A program made the position numbers and the translations under genes. The notes below the pieces were generated by a model, which was not told the origin of the DNA, did no database searches, and saw nothing but the letters and a program-made list of their open reading frames with translations. Positions 19,554 through 30,974 of a stretch of DNA of 64,000 nt are shown here, piece by piece (the stretch's first letter is position 1; every line of letters starts with the position of its first letter). Origin of the DNA: Spirochaetia bacterium (GTDB taxonomy: Bacteria > Spirochaetota > Spirochaetia > DSM-16054 > Sediminispirochaetaceae); the NCBI GenBank assembly GCA_034520965.1, contig JAXHMY010000001.1, positions 128,001 to 192,000 of the forward strand, given 5' to 3'.

Positions 19554-20224
19554 ATGGATTCCCGAAGGTTTAATGCGTTTAATTTATACGCTTCTGCTCG
19601 TGTAGGAGCCATTCTGATTGGTTTGAGCGTACTTATGATGCAGGCGGTACAAACGCCTGAAGAGTATTATCACCGCACAAACGGATATGTGCAGGCCTCA
19701 AAGACCGTTGGGCCGGACCACTACGAGGTGAGCATTGAATATGCACTGCCGGATTCCTCGACGCGTGTCGCCCGAGGGGTTGTACAAAGCGAGACTGTGG
19801 TTGTAGAAGACGACCGACTCATTGTGCACTATAACCCCTACTCGCCGGATGAAATAAGCCTGCCAGCACCCCCGCCGATAAAGCCGGAAATTCCTTATAT
19901 TTTTCGGCATATTAATCGGCGGCTTAGGATTTCGACTCTTTATCCGTTCATTCTTTCAGCATGCCAAGGAACGTTTCATTAGGGAGAACGGAAAAAAAAT
20001 CACCCTTTGCAACAGAAATTGAACGCACCTCTGTGAAGCTATTATGGGTAATAAAAATACAGGTAATTCGCATTCACTGCACCTGGAAGCCTCTGAGCGG
20101 TACCGAGGAACTCAACTTTTACAGTGAGCCCTATCCCCTTTCCTCCAGCTCAAAACTGAAACTGCAGAGTGTAAGGGTCTACTTTTTACCCCAGGCTCCG
20201 GAGCGCTATTTTATTGAGGTTTGA
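19554..20224 (+). CDS. DUF3592-like membrane protein (split by indels near 19905 and 20000)
   Basis: TM, beta-rich domain ending VHYNPYSP, second TM in a shifted frame, C-terminus FYSEPY...VRVYFLPQAPERYFIEV. Confidence 0.55.
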
Positions 20225-20255
20225 CCAAATATATGGTTTTGTTTATATTTTAGCG

Positions 20256-20585
20256 ATGAATAAAATGAAGGAACTTACCACCGGTGCTGCGGCAGACCTC
20301 CCGCAGCAGAGTGAAATGGTATGCATATATTTTTCGCAGCCCGATTGCGGTGTCTGCAGTGCGCTTCGTCCCCGGGTAGAGGCACTTCTAAATGAATATC
20401 CCGGCGTTGACGGCTGGTTTGTAGACCTGGAACAGCACCCCGAGGCGGCCGGCCATTACACCGTGTTTACCATTCCCGCGGTGATACTGTTTGTGCAGGG
20501 AAAAGAGACGGTTCGTTTCGCCCGCCACTTTAGTATCGATCAACTTGAAGAGAAAATATCCCGCTATTACGAGCTGCTACTGTAG
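20256..20585 (+). CDS. Thioredoxin-family protein
   Basis: [24 protein letters not shown]. Confidence 0.88.
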   Translation: MNKMKELTTGAAADLPQQSEMVCIYFSQPDCGVCSALRPRVEALLNEYPGVDGWFVDLEQHPEAAGHYTVFTIPAVILFVQGKETVRFARHFSIDQLEEKISRYYELLL

Positions 20586-21411
20586 CTTTTTATAATACAC
20601 GTTCATACTCTCCAGCCCCTCGGAGATGAAGGTATTTCTGAAGAGGGTTCCGCTGTAGTGATATCCGGCCTTGAGAAAGGTGGCATTCATCCCCTTCGAA
20701 CGCATGCGGGCAATTGTGTAGGTGGTTTTTATTCCCTGTTCGGGACATGGCAGTGTCCATTTGTGAAAGCAGCAGCAAGCCCAAGCCTAAACCACGATAA
20801 TTCGATGAAACTGCAAAATCGGTCATTTCTGCATAGCTGTGCTCAAGATCCTTTTCAGCCGACGAAAGGGCAACCAGGTTCTCTCCCTCCCACACTCCAA
20901 AATACTCAACCTGTGCATCCATAGTAGAGCGGAGATAATCCGGCTCATGGATTGGAAAGGGGTACCGCTCGAAGACCTCGCTGTAAAGCACTGACATTTT
21001 GAAGGTATCCTCGGGCGTGCAGGCCCTCGTGTGCAGCGATTCAGGCAGGGAGTGGGGCGCCTCCGGACGAATCGACGTCATCATGCTGCACAGGGCTTCA
21101 AAATGCCCCGGTTCTACATCCCGCCGCGCAGGGTCGTAATAGCGGCCCAGAAACAGCCCGTCTAACACACCGTCGAAGAGTCCGGGCACCGAGGCCTCAA
21201 TATTCCAGCCGGCGGCTAAAAAGCAGACAGCCTTTACACTGGGAACTTTTGCAAAGGCCTTGCTGTAGCTGTTTTGCACACACAGTTCATGCAGATATTT
21301 CACGACCTCCACAGGATCCGCCTTCCCCAGGTTCATCAGATAAGTACGGTTGTTATTGGGACCGTGCTGGATCTCGGCCCCCTCGTACTCTTCTATCTTA
21401 TCCCACTCCAT
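20577..21411 (-). CDS. ablB: Beta-lysine N-acetyltransferase (frameshift near 20730)
   Basis: [32 protein letters not shown]; shifted frame gives YTIAR...[26 protein letters not shown]; overlaps ablA. Confidence 0.88.
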
Positions 21412-22726
21412 TTGTCGTCTCTTCCCGACGCTCTATGCGCTCGTTATTCTCCGGTGTGAGCGAATAAGTCTCATCCCAATTGGACAGGAGCTTCCAAATT
21501 CCCACCGAGTTGTACTCATTCGCATCGTCAAATTTCAGCTGCAGATCGCATGCTTCACAGTTACCGTCACAGCCCGGATCATCATAGTTATGGGGTTCCT
21601 GATAAGTGGTAATAACTCCTTCAAAGTTACGCAGAATCACCTTATGGGGCGACCAGGACAGCAGGTAGTTCGGCATTACCGGAATTTTTCCCCCGCCCCC
21701 CGGTGCATCGATTACATAGGTGGGAACGGAAAAGCCGCTGGTGTGGCCAATCAAACTTTCCATAATTTCAATTCCCTTGCCCACGGGGGTGCGAAAGTGG
21801 CTTAATCCTTCCGACAAATCACACTGGTAAAGATAATACGGGCGCACACGGTTAAACACCAGCTTCTGTACCAGGCTCTTCATCAAACGGGGACAGTCAT
21901 TCACCCCTGCCAGCAGCACACTTTGGTTGCCTAAGGGAATACCGGCATCCGCCATTTTGCTCAAGGCCTTACGGGTACTGCTGGTAAGCTCACGGGGATG
22001 GTTAAAATGGGTATTCACCCAAACCGGGTGGTGTTTTCTTAACATTTCAACCAATTCGTCGGTAATACGGTAGGGTAGTACTACGGGCATACGAGAACCA
22101 ATTCGAATAACCTCTACATGCTCAATTTTTCTCAACTCGGTGAGTATCCAGTCCAGGTACTCATCACTCAGCATAAACGGGTCCCCCCCGGAGAGCAGTA
22201 CATCCCGGACTTTTGGGGTAGACCGAATGTAATCCAGCCCCTGCTGTACCTGATCTTTAGGTGGAATGTAATCATTATCACCAACTTTACGTTTGCGGGT
22301 ACAATGACGACAGTACATCGAGCATACATTGCTTACATGAAACAGAACTCTATCCGGGTATCGATGGGTAATCCCCGGCACAGGACTATCCTCATCTTCA
22401 GAGAGGGGATCGGCCTTCTCCCAATCCTGAACAATTAACTCACGGGGATCGGCAAAGGACTGAATAAAAATAGGGTCATTTTTGTAGTCCTTGGTTTCGA
22501 TCAAGCTGAGGTAATACGGAGTGATGCTTAGGGGAAACTTTTCAATTGTCTCCTCCAGTGCCTTACGCTCCTGTGGATTAAGAGTTATTCCGGTTAAGGT
22601 CTCAAATGTCGATATTTTTTTTATTGAATTTCGAAGCTGCCATTTCCAGTCCTGCCAATTGGTCAGGTTGGCATCCGAATCTATTTGCTTTGTGAGCTCA
22701 TTGTGGCGTGAACGATAATTTTCCAT
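21398..22726 (-). CDS. ablA: Lysine 2,3-aminomutase (radical SAM/PLP)
   Basis: [45 protein letters not shown]. Confidence 0.93.
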   Translation of the reverse strand: MENYRSRHNELTKQIDSDANLTNWQDWKWQLRNSIKKISTFETLTGITLNPQERKALEETIEKFPLSITPYYLSLIETKDYKNDPIFIQSFADPRELIVQDWEKADPLSEDEDSPVPGITHRYPDRVLFHVSNVCSMYCRHCTRKRKVGDNDYIPPKDQVQQGLDYIRSTPKVRDVLLSGGDPFMLSDEYLDWILTELRKIEHVEVIRIGSRMPVVLPYRITDELVEMLRKHHPVWVNTHFNHPRELTSSTRKALSKMADAGIPLGNQSVLLAGVNDCPRLMKSLVQKLVFNRVRPYYLYQCDLSEGLSHFRTPVGKGIEIMESLIGHTSGFSVPTYVIDAPGGGGKIPVMPNYLLSWSPHKVILRNFEGVITTYQEPHNYDDPGCDGNCEACDLQLKFDDANEYNSVGIWKLLSNWDETYSLTPENNERIERREETTNGVG

Positions 22727-22754
22727 AATTCCTATCCTTTTACGTGCTTCGCTT

Positions 22755-22784
22755 ATCATACACGAAGATATATATAGATGTCAA
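22755..22784 (-). promoter_or_regulatory. Sigma70 promoter of ablAB
   Basis: TTGACA-N18-TATGAT on the minus strand; supports the ATG at 22726. Confidence 0.65.
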
Positions 22785-22991
22785 TTAGTTAGAATTGTAA
22801 TGATTTATACTGTTAAAATTACAATTTATTGTCCTTATACTGACTTTATTTACTACTATTATTAGAGTTAACTTATACTTATATTATTTTCATCAGTAAA
22901 ATATATGTATTTAATTTACTCTTTTCTAAGCTGAGGTAAGCGACTATACTTATAAATCGATTCAATATCGGCAACAGTAGAGAGAGTAGGA

Positions 22992-23753
22992 ATGATGGTG
23001 GATACCCAAGACGATGCCCAAGAACGCTATACCCGACAGCTTAAAATTCCACAATGGGGAGAGGCGGCACAACACAAACTGCAGTCTGCTCATATAACCG
23101 TTGTAGGTACAGGCGGCTTGGGATCGCCGGTGCTGTACTATCTGGCAGCGGCGGGTGTGGGGAAACTGCGGCTCATTGACGGCGACAAGGTCGATATCTC
23201 AAACCTAAACCGCCAGATACTGTTTGCCGAAGGGGATATTGGAGCATACAAAGCACAAAGAGCAGCCGAAAAAATAGCCGCCCTTAATTCAGATATTGAC
23301 ATCGAGTACCTAGCAGATACCCTTACCGCTGAAAACATTGATACTTTGATCCCGGATAGCGATGTGATTGTGGATTGCCTTGATAACTTCAGCAGCCGGT
23401 TTATGTTGAACAAGTATGCGGTATCCCGCACAATTCCCTTGGTGCATGCGGGTATCCATAGTTTCAGCGGCCAGCTCACCACCATTATCCCCGGAAAAAC
23501 CCCCTGCCTCGAATGCCTGTTCGCAGGCATGACAGATCCCACCCTGGAATCGGGGGTTCGAGTTCCCAGCCCCGTACTGGGGGCGGTTGTTGGGGTTATC
23601 GGCAGCCTGCAGGCGCTGGAGGCGATAAAAATTGCAGGCCAAGTTGGGTCTACCTACACGAAGCGTCTATTGATCTACGATGGGTTAAGCGGAAATTTCA
23701 ATGAAATCGAAGTAGCTAGGGACGTGAATTGCCCCGTGTGCAAGGCGCTTTGA
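22992..23753 (+). CDS. HesA/MoeB/ThiF family adenylyltransferase
   Basis: RYTRQ, VVGTGGLG, SNLNRQ, CLEC and CPVC. Confidence 0.92.
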   Translation: MMVDTQDDAQERYTRQLKIPQWGEAAQHKLQSAHITVVGTGGLGSPVLYYLAAAGVGKLRLIDGDKVDISNLNRQILFAEGDIGAYKAQRAAEKIAALNSDIDIEYLADTLTAENIDTLIPDSDVIVDCLDNFSSRFMLNKYAVSRTIPLVHAGIHSFSGQLTTIIPGKTPCLECLFAGMTDPTLESGVRVPSPVLGAVVGVIGSLQALEAIKIAGQVGSTYTKRLLIYDGLSGNFNEIEVARDVNCPVCKAL

Positions 23754-23768
23754 GTATATAAACGCTCC

Positions 23769-24359
23769 CTATTCGGCAGCACTTACCGCAGCGAGCTCCG
23801 GAGTAACCCAGTTATGCCACTCTACCTGCCAGCTTCCATCGTGAGTGAGCAAATTCATACAGGCATTCTTTAAAGGGGGATTTCCGGGAACTATTTCTCC
23901 CTTACTTATCAAAGAGAGCAGCCCGCCGATTAAACCTCCATGGGATACAACTAATAAGCGGCTAGCGGGGTGTCTCAGCGAAAGCTCCTCTACTACTTCC
24001 AGAGCCCGGGCCTGCACAGCCTCCCAGGTTTCCGCCCCCGGGATGGGGCGGCTATTGTAGTACTGCTTACGCAGGGCTACATGCATGCCTTCGGCCTGAC
24101 CGAAATGTCTTTCCTGCAGCCGCGGGTCGGTAAAAATATGAGAAATGCCGATTTTTTCAGCAATAGTCACAGCAGTTTCATAAGCCCGGCTTAAGGGGCT
24201 GGCATATAGGTAATCCCAATTACTATCCGCCAAATATGCCCCCGCTGCCCCGGCTTGTAAATATCCCCGCTCGTTCAGGGGTATATCTGTAGATCCTTGC
24301 ACGAAACCGCGGTTGTTCCAGTCGGTCTCTCCATGTCGAACTAAGCATATGTGTGTCAT
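23769..24359 (-). CDS. Histidine phosphatase (phosphoglycerate mutase family)
   Basis: VRHGETDWN, SPLSRA, ERHFG, VSHGG. Confidence 0.92.
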   Translation of the reverse strand: MTHICLVRHGETDWNNRGFVQGSTDIPLNERGYLQAGAAGAYLADSNWDYLYASPLSRAYETAVTIAEKIGISHIFTDPRLQERHFGQAEGMHVALRKQYYNSRPIPGAETWEAVQARALEVVEELSLRHPASRLLVVSHGGLIGGLLSLISKGEIVPGNPPLKNACMNLLTHDGSWQVEWHNWVTPELAAVSAAE

Positions 24360-24411
24360 TACATACTAATGTACACAAATCTTAGCCCGACTACAAGTGA
24401 ATGCTATACTT

Positions 24412-25602
24412 TCATTCTTGGATACTGTCGGCCATTTTTCTGGCCAGTTCATCCAGCATGGTGTAATGCTCTTCCGAGGGGGTTAGTTTTACTTCTATCG
24501 GATCGGCTACCATCGGCCACTTATGTTTCTCCACATATTCCATGATAGTTTTTACACCACCGCCGGACCAGCCATAGGTGCCGAACACTCCAAAGACCCT
24601 GTTTTTAATTCCCTTATGGGAGAGGTTCTTAATCAAAGACTCCATCGGCGGAAAAAGACCCACATTGTAGGTAGCACTGCCGAACATCACCCCTTTGTAC
24701 TTCCATATCTCATTAATAATGTAGGAGTCGTGGGTCGTAGAGCTGCTGAGCATGCGTACATTCTTCACACCGTATTCTGCCAGTTTACGGGCCACATAAT
24801 CGGCCATTTTCTCAGTGTTTCCGTACATCGAACCGAACACGATTACAACCCCCGGCTCAGCTTCGTATCGGCTCCAGCGATCATAACTGTTAATAATCCG
24901 CTGGGGATTACTGCGCCAGACAGGACCATGGGTCGAAGCAACAACCCCTATATCCAGCCCTTCCAGTTTTTTTAGCGCCTTCTGCACCATCGGGCCGAAC
25001 TTGCCGACTATGTTGGAATAATAGCGGCGGATTTCATTTTCGTAATACTCAATATTTACCTCGTCATCGAATACTCCACCGTCCAAAGAACCAAAACCGC
25101 CAAAGGCATCGCCGGAAAAGAGAATTTTATCGTTTTGATCGTAGGTCATCATTGTTTCCGGCCAGTGAACCATGGGGGTCAGGTAAAAGGTAAGGGAATG
25201 CTTTCCAAGGTTCAGCTCATCCCCGTCTTTTACCTCATACAGGTTATCCTCGATTCCGTAAAACCCCTTTAAGAAGTCGAAGGTTTTACTGTTGCCGACA
25301 ATCTTCACATCAGGATAATTCTGAATTATTTCCTGAATAGCTCCGGAGTGGTCCGGCTCCATGTGGTTAATAACCAGATAATCTATAGTTCCCCCGTCCA
25401 AAAGCCCCCGGAGCTTCTGCAGGAAGAGGGCTATTTTCGATACCTTCACGGTATCGACCAACACGTTTTTCTCATCTTTGATTACATAGGAATTGTAGGT
25501 TACTCCCTTAGGCAGGGGCCACATATTCTCAAAGAGTTGAGTTTCGCGGTCATTCACACCGACATAGTACACATCATCTGTAATAGGTATAAATCCATTC
25601 AA
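24412..25602 (-). CDS. fprA: Flavodiiron protein (A-type flavoprotein)
   Basis: NHMEPDHSG, VHWPE, FSGDAFG, flavodoxin SMYGNTE, GTYGWSG. Confidence 0.93.
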   Translation of the reverse strand: MNGFIPITDDVYYVGVNDRETQLFENMWPLPKGVTYNSYVIKDEKNVLVDTVKVSKIALFLQKLRGLLDGGTIDYLVINHMEPDHSGAIQEIIQNYPDVKIVGNSKTFDFLKGFYGIEDNLYEVKDGDELNLGKHSLTFYLTPMVHWPETMMTYDQNDKILFSGDAFGGFGSLDGGVFDDEVNIEYYENEIRRYYSNIVGKFGPMVQKALKKLEGLDIGVVASTHGPVWRSNPQRIINSYDRWSRYEAEPGVVIVFGSMYGNTEKMADYVARKLAEYGVKNVRMLSSSTTHDSYIINEIWKYKGVMFGSATYNVGLFPPMESLIKNLSHKGIKNRVFGVFGTYGWSGGGVKTIMEYVEKHKWPMVADPIEVKLTPSEEHYTMLDELARKMADSIQE

Positions 25603-25647
25603 TTCAATTTCCTCCTTACTTCATACATCATATTGCATAAATCACCA

Positions 25648-26733
25648 TTACAACCACTTTTTATATTTGAAAAAAAACAGCATCACCACCGCTACAATCC
25701 CCATCACCCCTAATACAGCCGGGTAAGCCCACGGAAAGGCTAATTCGGGCATATGCTCGAAGTTCATCCCGTAGACACCGGCAATAAAGGTAAGGGGGAT
25801 AAATATGGTAGCAATGATAGTCAGAACTTTCATCACACTATTCATATCGTTACTTAGCTCGGTCTGGTAGGAGTCGGCTAAAGCAGAACTGGTTTCCTTC
25901 ATCAGCTCAAGGGTGTCGATTATGTGCAGCACATGGTCATAAAGATCCTTTAAAGTATATCCGGGTGGAGGCTTCTATCAACTGAAACTCCTGCTTCTGA
26001 ACCTGGTTCATAACCTCACGCAGAGGCCATACCGCCCGCCGAATTAAAATAAGTTTTTTACGTACAGCCTGCAGATTTTCGATAGCCCTATGGCCTTCCC
26101 TATCTACTATCGCTTCCTCTATATCCTCCAGCTGAAGTTCCAGCTGCTCCATTATTAAAAAATAGTTATCTATAACCAGATCAAGCAGACCATAAGCCAG
26201 ATAGTCGGCCCCCTGACGCCGCACTCGCCCCTTACCTTCGCGGATGCGGGTACGAACCGGATGAAACACATCTCCAGGCTGCTCTTGAAAGGAGATTACA
26301 AAATGCGAACCGACTAGTACACTCAGCTGTTCACTGATAATCGCATCTTCTTCAACACTCCAGCGCATCATTTTGAGCGTAAAAAAGAGAAAGGAACCGT
26401 AATCTTCGATTTTTGGTCGCTGCTCGGTGTTCTGAATATCTTCCAGCACCACCGGATGCACCTTAAACTTTTCGCCAATTTTCTGCAGCAGCTGTTTATC
26501 ATCTACCCCACAATATTCAGCCACGTAACTGTAGACTTATCTTCAAACTCCTGAAACTCCGGTATTCCATAGCCCTGCCGCTCCTGATACTCGGCAGCAT
26601 TAAAATGAAACACCTCGTACTGTGGTTCAGCATGGGTCTCTGAATCAAAGAGGCTGCCCGGAGGTAATCCGACTTTGTGCCTATAGCTGCGGCGCTTTCT
26701 TTTTAATAGCGGTTTTTTTAGGGATAACGACAT
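25648..26733 (-). CDS. corA: Magnesium/cobalt transporter CorA (three pieces, indels near 26510 and 25945)
   Basis: KVGLPPGSL, TWLNIVG, LEDIQNTEQRPK, FIPLTFIAGVYGMNF. Confidence 0.9.
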
Positions 26734-26812
26734 ACAGCACTGTTCCTCTTCTTGCTCTTGGTAATTCCCCCGGATAGTATAAGAATACACTATACTTGGA
26801 ATCGGGGTCAAA

Positions 26813-27904
26813 TCAACAATTACGGTTCCTGAGCTTTTCCAGCGCCCAGGCCGCATGTTCGGCTATCATTGGATTCGAATGTCGACTTAACTCCTGCAGT
26901 TCCGTAAGCAGCTGTGCTGCGCCGGTATTGGCGGCAACTATAGCTGCGTTTCGCAGCAGCTGCTCTAACCCAAGACGCATCAGCGGAGATCCGGCATACA
27001 GCTCAACCATCTCCTCTCGCCGGCGTATCCGAAGCACCGCCGATAGTTCCAGAGCCTCACCGGTAATATCCTGTAAAAAATCTGTTTCTTTCGTCTCGGC
27101 CGCTTGGCGATTCAGGGGGCATACATCCTGACATATATCGCATCCAAACAGCCAATCTCCGATCAACGGCCGCAGTTCAACAGGAATTCTTCCATGATGC
27201 TCTATTGTAAGGTAACTAATACAGCGCCGGGCATCGAACCGGCCGTCAGTCCGCAATGCTCCGGTGGGGCACTTCCTTCTACAATTAGTGCAGTCTGTTG
27301 GACAGATTGATCCGGGGCCATTCAGCTGCGGCTCTGATGGGCGGTTTTCCGGGTCGGGCATACGTGCCGGCTCAATGACAAGGGTAGTAAGAATTTCTCC
27401 CAGAAATACCCAGCTGCCGTAGTGAGGATGAATCAACAAGCCGTTCCGGCCCTGTCTCCCAAGCCCCGCCCGTTCGGCATAGTAGCGTTCATCCAACGGG
27501 CCTGAATCAACAAAAGCTCGGAAATTTTCACCCGGAAATTGTTCTGCAAGTTCGCGACACACGGCGGTAAGACGCTTTTTCAGCACCTTATGGTAGTCCC
27601 GGCCCCAGGCATACCTCGCTATACGGCCCTGCCCTGGGGTAAGCTTTTCCTGCCTCCGGGATCGATAATAGGGCAGCACTACCTGAATCAAACTCCTTGC
27701 TTCCGGCAGAAGGCCCTGGGGCTGATATTTCAGGTAGGTATGCCGCTTTAAATACTCCATCTCCCCGTGAAAACCGGCCTGTATCCAGCTCTCATAGTCG
27801 GATTGAAGCCGGGGCGAGACTTGCGGCAGTGGAATTATTCGTACATGCTCAAGATTATGTCGACCGAGGGTAGTGTGCAGTTGAATCTCAGGGACACACT
27901 TCAT
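26813..27904 (-). CDS. queG: Epoxyqueuosine reductase
   Basis: IARYAWGRDYH, VDSGPLDER, GSWVFLG, CTNCRRKCPT, CISYLTIE, GCDICQDVCP. Confidence 0.93.
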   Translation of the reverse strand: MKCVPEIQLHTTLGRHNLEHVRIIPLPQVSPRLQSDYESWIQAGFHGEMEYLKRHTYLKYQPQGLLPEARSLIQVVLPYYRSRRQEKLTPGQGRIARYAWGRDYHKVLKKRLTAVCRELAEQFPGENFRAFVDSGPLDERYYAERAGLGRQGRNGLLIHPHYGSWVFLGEILTTLVIEPARMPDPENRPSEPQLNGPGSICPTDCTNCRRKCPTGALRTDGRFDARRCISYLTIEHHGRIPVELRPLIGDWLFGCDICQDVCPLNRQAAETKETDFLQDITGEALELSAVLRIRRREEMVELYAGSPLMRLGLEQLLRNAAIVAANTGAAQLLTELQELSRHSNPMIAEHAAWALEKLRNRNC

Positions 27905-27906
27905 AA

Positions 27907-28515
27907 TTACAAATCATTTTTCATTACTCTGGTTTCATTACTCAGGAACCGCGCAACCGCCGCATCATATTCCGACATCATCTTAAAAACCTTTGCCGCT
28001 AAAAAGCGGCGACTGTGGATGGAAATGTCGCCTTGCCGGGAAAATTCACTCCGGATCCATGAATAATCGGCGGGATCACACACTACCACTACATCGTGAA
28101 AGTTTTTAGCTGCAGCCCTGATCATAGTGGGTCCGCCAATGTCGATAAACTCCAGCAGCTCTTGCTCGTCTTGAATTTCTTTTACTTTCTGCTGAAAGGG
28201 ATACAAGTTCACCACTACCCAATCTACGGCAGTAATTGAGAATTCCTGTAGGGTACGCATATCTTCACGAACGCTGCGCCGGGCGAGGATTCCCGCGTGC
28301 ACCACTGGGTGCAGCGTCTTTACCCGTCCGTCTAACACCTCTGGAAAACCGGTAACCTCGCCTATCGGGGTCACCGCAAGGCCGACCTCACTTAAAAACC
28401 GTGCAGTCCCACCCGAGGATATCAATTCAAGCTTCTGTTTCGCCAAAAACGATGCCAGCCCGTCCAATGCGGTCTTGTCATACACACTTATCAGTGCCCG
28501 TGCCATGCTTTTCAT
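27907..28515 (-). CDS. Stand-alone IMP cyclohydrolase (N-terminal PurH domain)
   Basis: ALISVYDK, SSGGT, GRVKTLHP, VNLYPF, IDIGGPTMIRAAAKN; ends at 202 aa. Confidence 0.88.
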   Translation of the reverse strand: MKSMARALISVYDKTALDGLASFLAKQKLELISSGGTARFLSEVGLAVTPIGEVTGFPEVLDGRVKTLHPVVHAGILARRSVREDMRTLQEFSITAVDWVVVNLYPFQQKVKEIQDEQELLEFIDIGGPTMIRAAAKNFHDVVVVCDPADYSWIRSEFSRQGDISIHSRRFLAAKVFKMMSEYDAAVARFLSNETRVMKNDL

Positions 28516-28660
28516 AACTCTACTTTACGACCTAAGAGTTCCGAGGTCAAGCGAGGAGCACTGGAAGAAGAAATGAAAGCAGTACTTGGAACAAGTGGGC
28601 CATAGAATTGGGCTAAAATAAAGATTTAACCAGTTTTTGTTCATTATATCAAATTTTATT

Positions 28661-28689
28661 TTCACATATTCAAAATCTAATGGTATAAT
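28661..28689 (+). promoter_or_regulatory. Sigma70 promoter of the ior operon
   Basis: TTCACA-N17-TATAAT with extended -10 TG. Confidence 0.6.
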
Positions 28690-28725
28690 TACACATAAAA
28701 CTTTACAGCATCCAAGGAGGAGACT

Positions 28726-30348
28726 TTGGACAATAATACTCTCTTACTATTAGGAGATGAAGCTGTCGCCCAGGGAGCTTTAGACGCAGGGGTTTCAGGA
28801 TTTTACGCCTATCCAGGAACCCCCTCAACTGAAATTATGGAATACGTACAGCACTCCACGCAGGCCGCAGAAAAAAACATTCATCGCACTTGGTCGGCCA
28901 ATGAAAAGACCGCCTTAGAAGCCGCACTGGGTATGAGTTATACCGGAAAGCGTACCATGGCTATGATGAAGCACGTCGGGCTAAATGTGGCGGCCGACCC
29001 CTTCATCAATTCCGGGATAACCGGTGCAAATGGAGGCATCATTGTAACTGTTGCAGATGATCCCAGTATGCACAGCTCACAGGATGAACAAGACAGCCGG
29101 GTGCTCGCAAATTTCGCAATGGTACCGATTTTAGAACCCAGTAACCAGCAAGAAGCATATCAGATGTGTTTTACCGCTTTTGAGCTTTCCGAAAAGTTTC
29201 AAACCCCGGTAATGCTGCGTTTAACAACCCGTATTGCCCACAGCCGCTCGGGTGTAAAGCGGGGAGCCCCATTGGACGAAAACCAACTTGCCATGCCGGC
29301 GGACAAGCGACAGTTTGTGCTGCTGCCTGCAATAGCCCGGGGGCGCTATAAACTTTTGCTGGAAAAGCAGCCGTCCCTGGAGGATGAAGCAAATAATTCC
29401 GCCTACAACCACTACTATGAAGGAAGCGATACACGCATGGGCATTATCGCCAGCGGAATTGCGTATAACTACGTAATGGAAAACTTCCAGGATCAGCCCT
29501 GCCCCTACCCCCTTCTGAAACTCTCTCAGTATCCGATTCCGCGAAAGTACATTGAACGTATGGTCAATGAATGCGACGAAGTACTGGTAATCGAAGAGGG
29601 GATGCCGGTGGTAGAGGAAAAACTGCGGGGACTGCTGGACCGGGGCCCGACGGTAGTAAAGGGGCGGATGACCGGAGAGCTTCCCCGGGACGGCGAACTG
29701 AATCCGAGACTGGTGCGAAAAGCCCTGGGGCTCGAAGCCAATCCATCAACAGGTGCCCCGGAGGTAATTGCACCTCGTCCGCCGGCGCTTTGCCCAGGCT
29801 GCAGCCACATCGACGCCTACCACGCAATTAACGAGGCGATTAAAGCCGAATACGGTGACGGCCATGTATTTGCCGACATCGGCTGCTATACCCTCGGAGC
29901 GCTGCCCCCGTTTGAAGCAATTAACAGCTGTGTGGATATGGGAGCCTCCATTACCATGGCCAAGGGTGCCGCCGATGCCGGACTTTATCCGAGTGCAGCG
30001 GTAATCGGCGACTCAACCTTTACCCACAGCGGCATGACCGGATTACTCGATGCGGTCATTGAAAACTCCAACTTAGTAGTTTTTATTCTGGACAACTCCA
30101 CTACCGCTATGACCGGCGGCCAAAATAGTCACGCCAACGGCCGGCTGCGACAGATCTGCACGGGCTTAGGTGTAGATCCAGAGCATATCCGCAGCATTAT
30201 GCCCAAACGCAACACCCACGACCAGTTTGTGCAGATTATTAAGGAGGAGCTATCCTACGAGGGAGTATCGGTTATCATCCCGCAACGCGAGTGTGTGCAA
30301 ACCCAGCTGCGCCGAGCTAAACAGAAGCAACAAGGAGGCAAGCAATGA
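28726..30348 (+). CDS. iorA: Indolepyruvate:ferredoxin oxidoreductase alpha subunit (no C-terminal ferredoxin domain)
   Basis: YPGTPSTE, MKHVGLNVAADP, LCPGCSH, DIGCYTL, GDSTF...DNSTTAMTGGQ. Confidence 0.92.
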   Translation: MDNNTLLLLGDEAVAQGALDAGVSGFYAYPGTPSTEIMEYVQHSTQAAEKNIHRTWSANEKTALEAALGMSYTGKRTMAMMKHVGLNVAADPFINSGITGANGGIIVTVADDPSMHSSQDEQDSRVLANFAMVPILEPSNQQEAYQMCFTAFELSEKFQTPVMLRLTTRIAHSRSGVKRGAPLDENQLAMPADKRQFVLLPAIARGRYKLLLEKQPSLEDEANNSAYNHYYEGSDTRMGIIASGIAYNYVMENFQDQPCPYPLLKLSQYPIPRKYIERMVNECDEVLVIEEGMPVVEEKLRGLLDRGPTVVKGRMTGELPRDGELNPRLVRKALGLEANPSTGAPEVIAPRPPALCPGCSHIDAYHAINEAIKAEYGDGHVFADIGCYTLGALPPFEAINSCVDMGASITMAKGAADAGLYPSAAVIGDSTFTHSGMTGLLDAVIENSNLVVFILDNSTTAMTGGQNSHANGRLRQICTGLGVDPEHIRSIMPKRNTHDQFVQIIKEELSYEGVSVIIPQRECVQTQLRRAKQKQQGGKQ

Positions 30349-30932
30349 AACTCGATATTATCTTAGCAGGGGTCGGCGGACAGGGAATTCTCTCAATCGC
30401 AACCGTTATCGGGTATGCGGCTGTACAATCCGGTTTAGACCTCAAACAGGCCGAAACCCACGGCATGAGCCAACGCGGAGGGGACGTACAGTCGCACCTG
30501 CGAATTTCCGACCACACAATTTACAGCGATCTAGTACCCGAAGGGGCAGCCGATATTATTCTGTCGGTTGAACCAATGGAGAGCCTGCGCTATATCCCGT
30601 ACCTCTCGCCGCAGGGGTGGCTGGTGACTAACACCACCCCCTTTAAGAACATACCTAACTATCCCGATTTGGACAAAATCCTCAAAGAGGTCGACAAGGT
30701 TCCCCACCACGTGGCGATAGATGCCGACGGGATGGCCAAGGACCTAAAAAACAGTCGCGGGATGAATATGGTAATGACAGGGGCGGCGTCCCTGTTTATG
30801 GACATAGATTTTGAGAAACTTAAAGAGGGCATTCGTTACAGTTTCGGGCGCAAGGGACAGGACATTGTCGACCTCAACATCGCCACTCTCGAAGCAGGTC
30901 GCAAGTTTGCCGAAGAAAATCGCTCATTATAA
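30345..30932 (+). CDS. iorB: Indolepyruvate:ferredoxin oxidoreductase beta subunit
   Basis: GVGGQGI, ETHGMSQRGG. Confidence 0.92.
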   Translation: MKLDIILAGVGGQGILSIATVIGYAAVQSGLDLKQAETHGMSQRGGDVQSHLRISDHTIYSDLVPEGAADIILSVEPMESLRYIPYLSPQGWLVTNTTPFKNIPNYPDLDKILKEVDKVPHHVAIDADGMAKDLKNSRGMNMVMTGAASLFMDIDFEKLKEGIRYSFGRKGQDIVDLNIATLEAGRKFAEENRSL

Positions 30933-30974
30933 AAGGAATCATAACAGGAATTCTAACCATTACTGGGGGAAGCA

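Noticed and set aside
22727..22759. ablA start at 22759 as given in the ORF track
   Set aside because: That ATG lies inside the predicted -10 box; the ATG at 22726 has an SD.
22992..23753. ThiF protein as part of a ubiquitin-like defence or RiPP system
   Set aside because: No neighbouring ThiS/Ubl, JAB, E2, cyclase or precursor peptide; looks like an ordinary MoeB/ThiF.
25930..26530. Programmed frameshifting in corA and other split genes
   Set aside because: Multiple breaks per gene in unrelated families with no consistent slippery signal; sequencing error is simpler.
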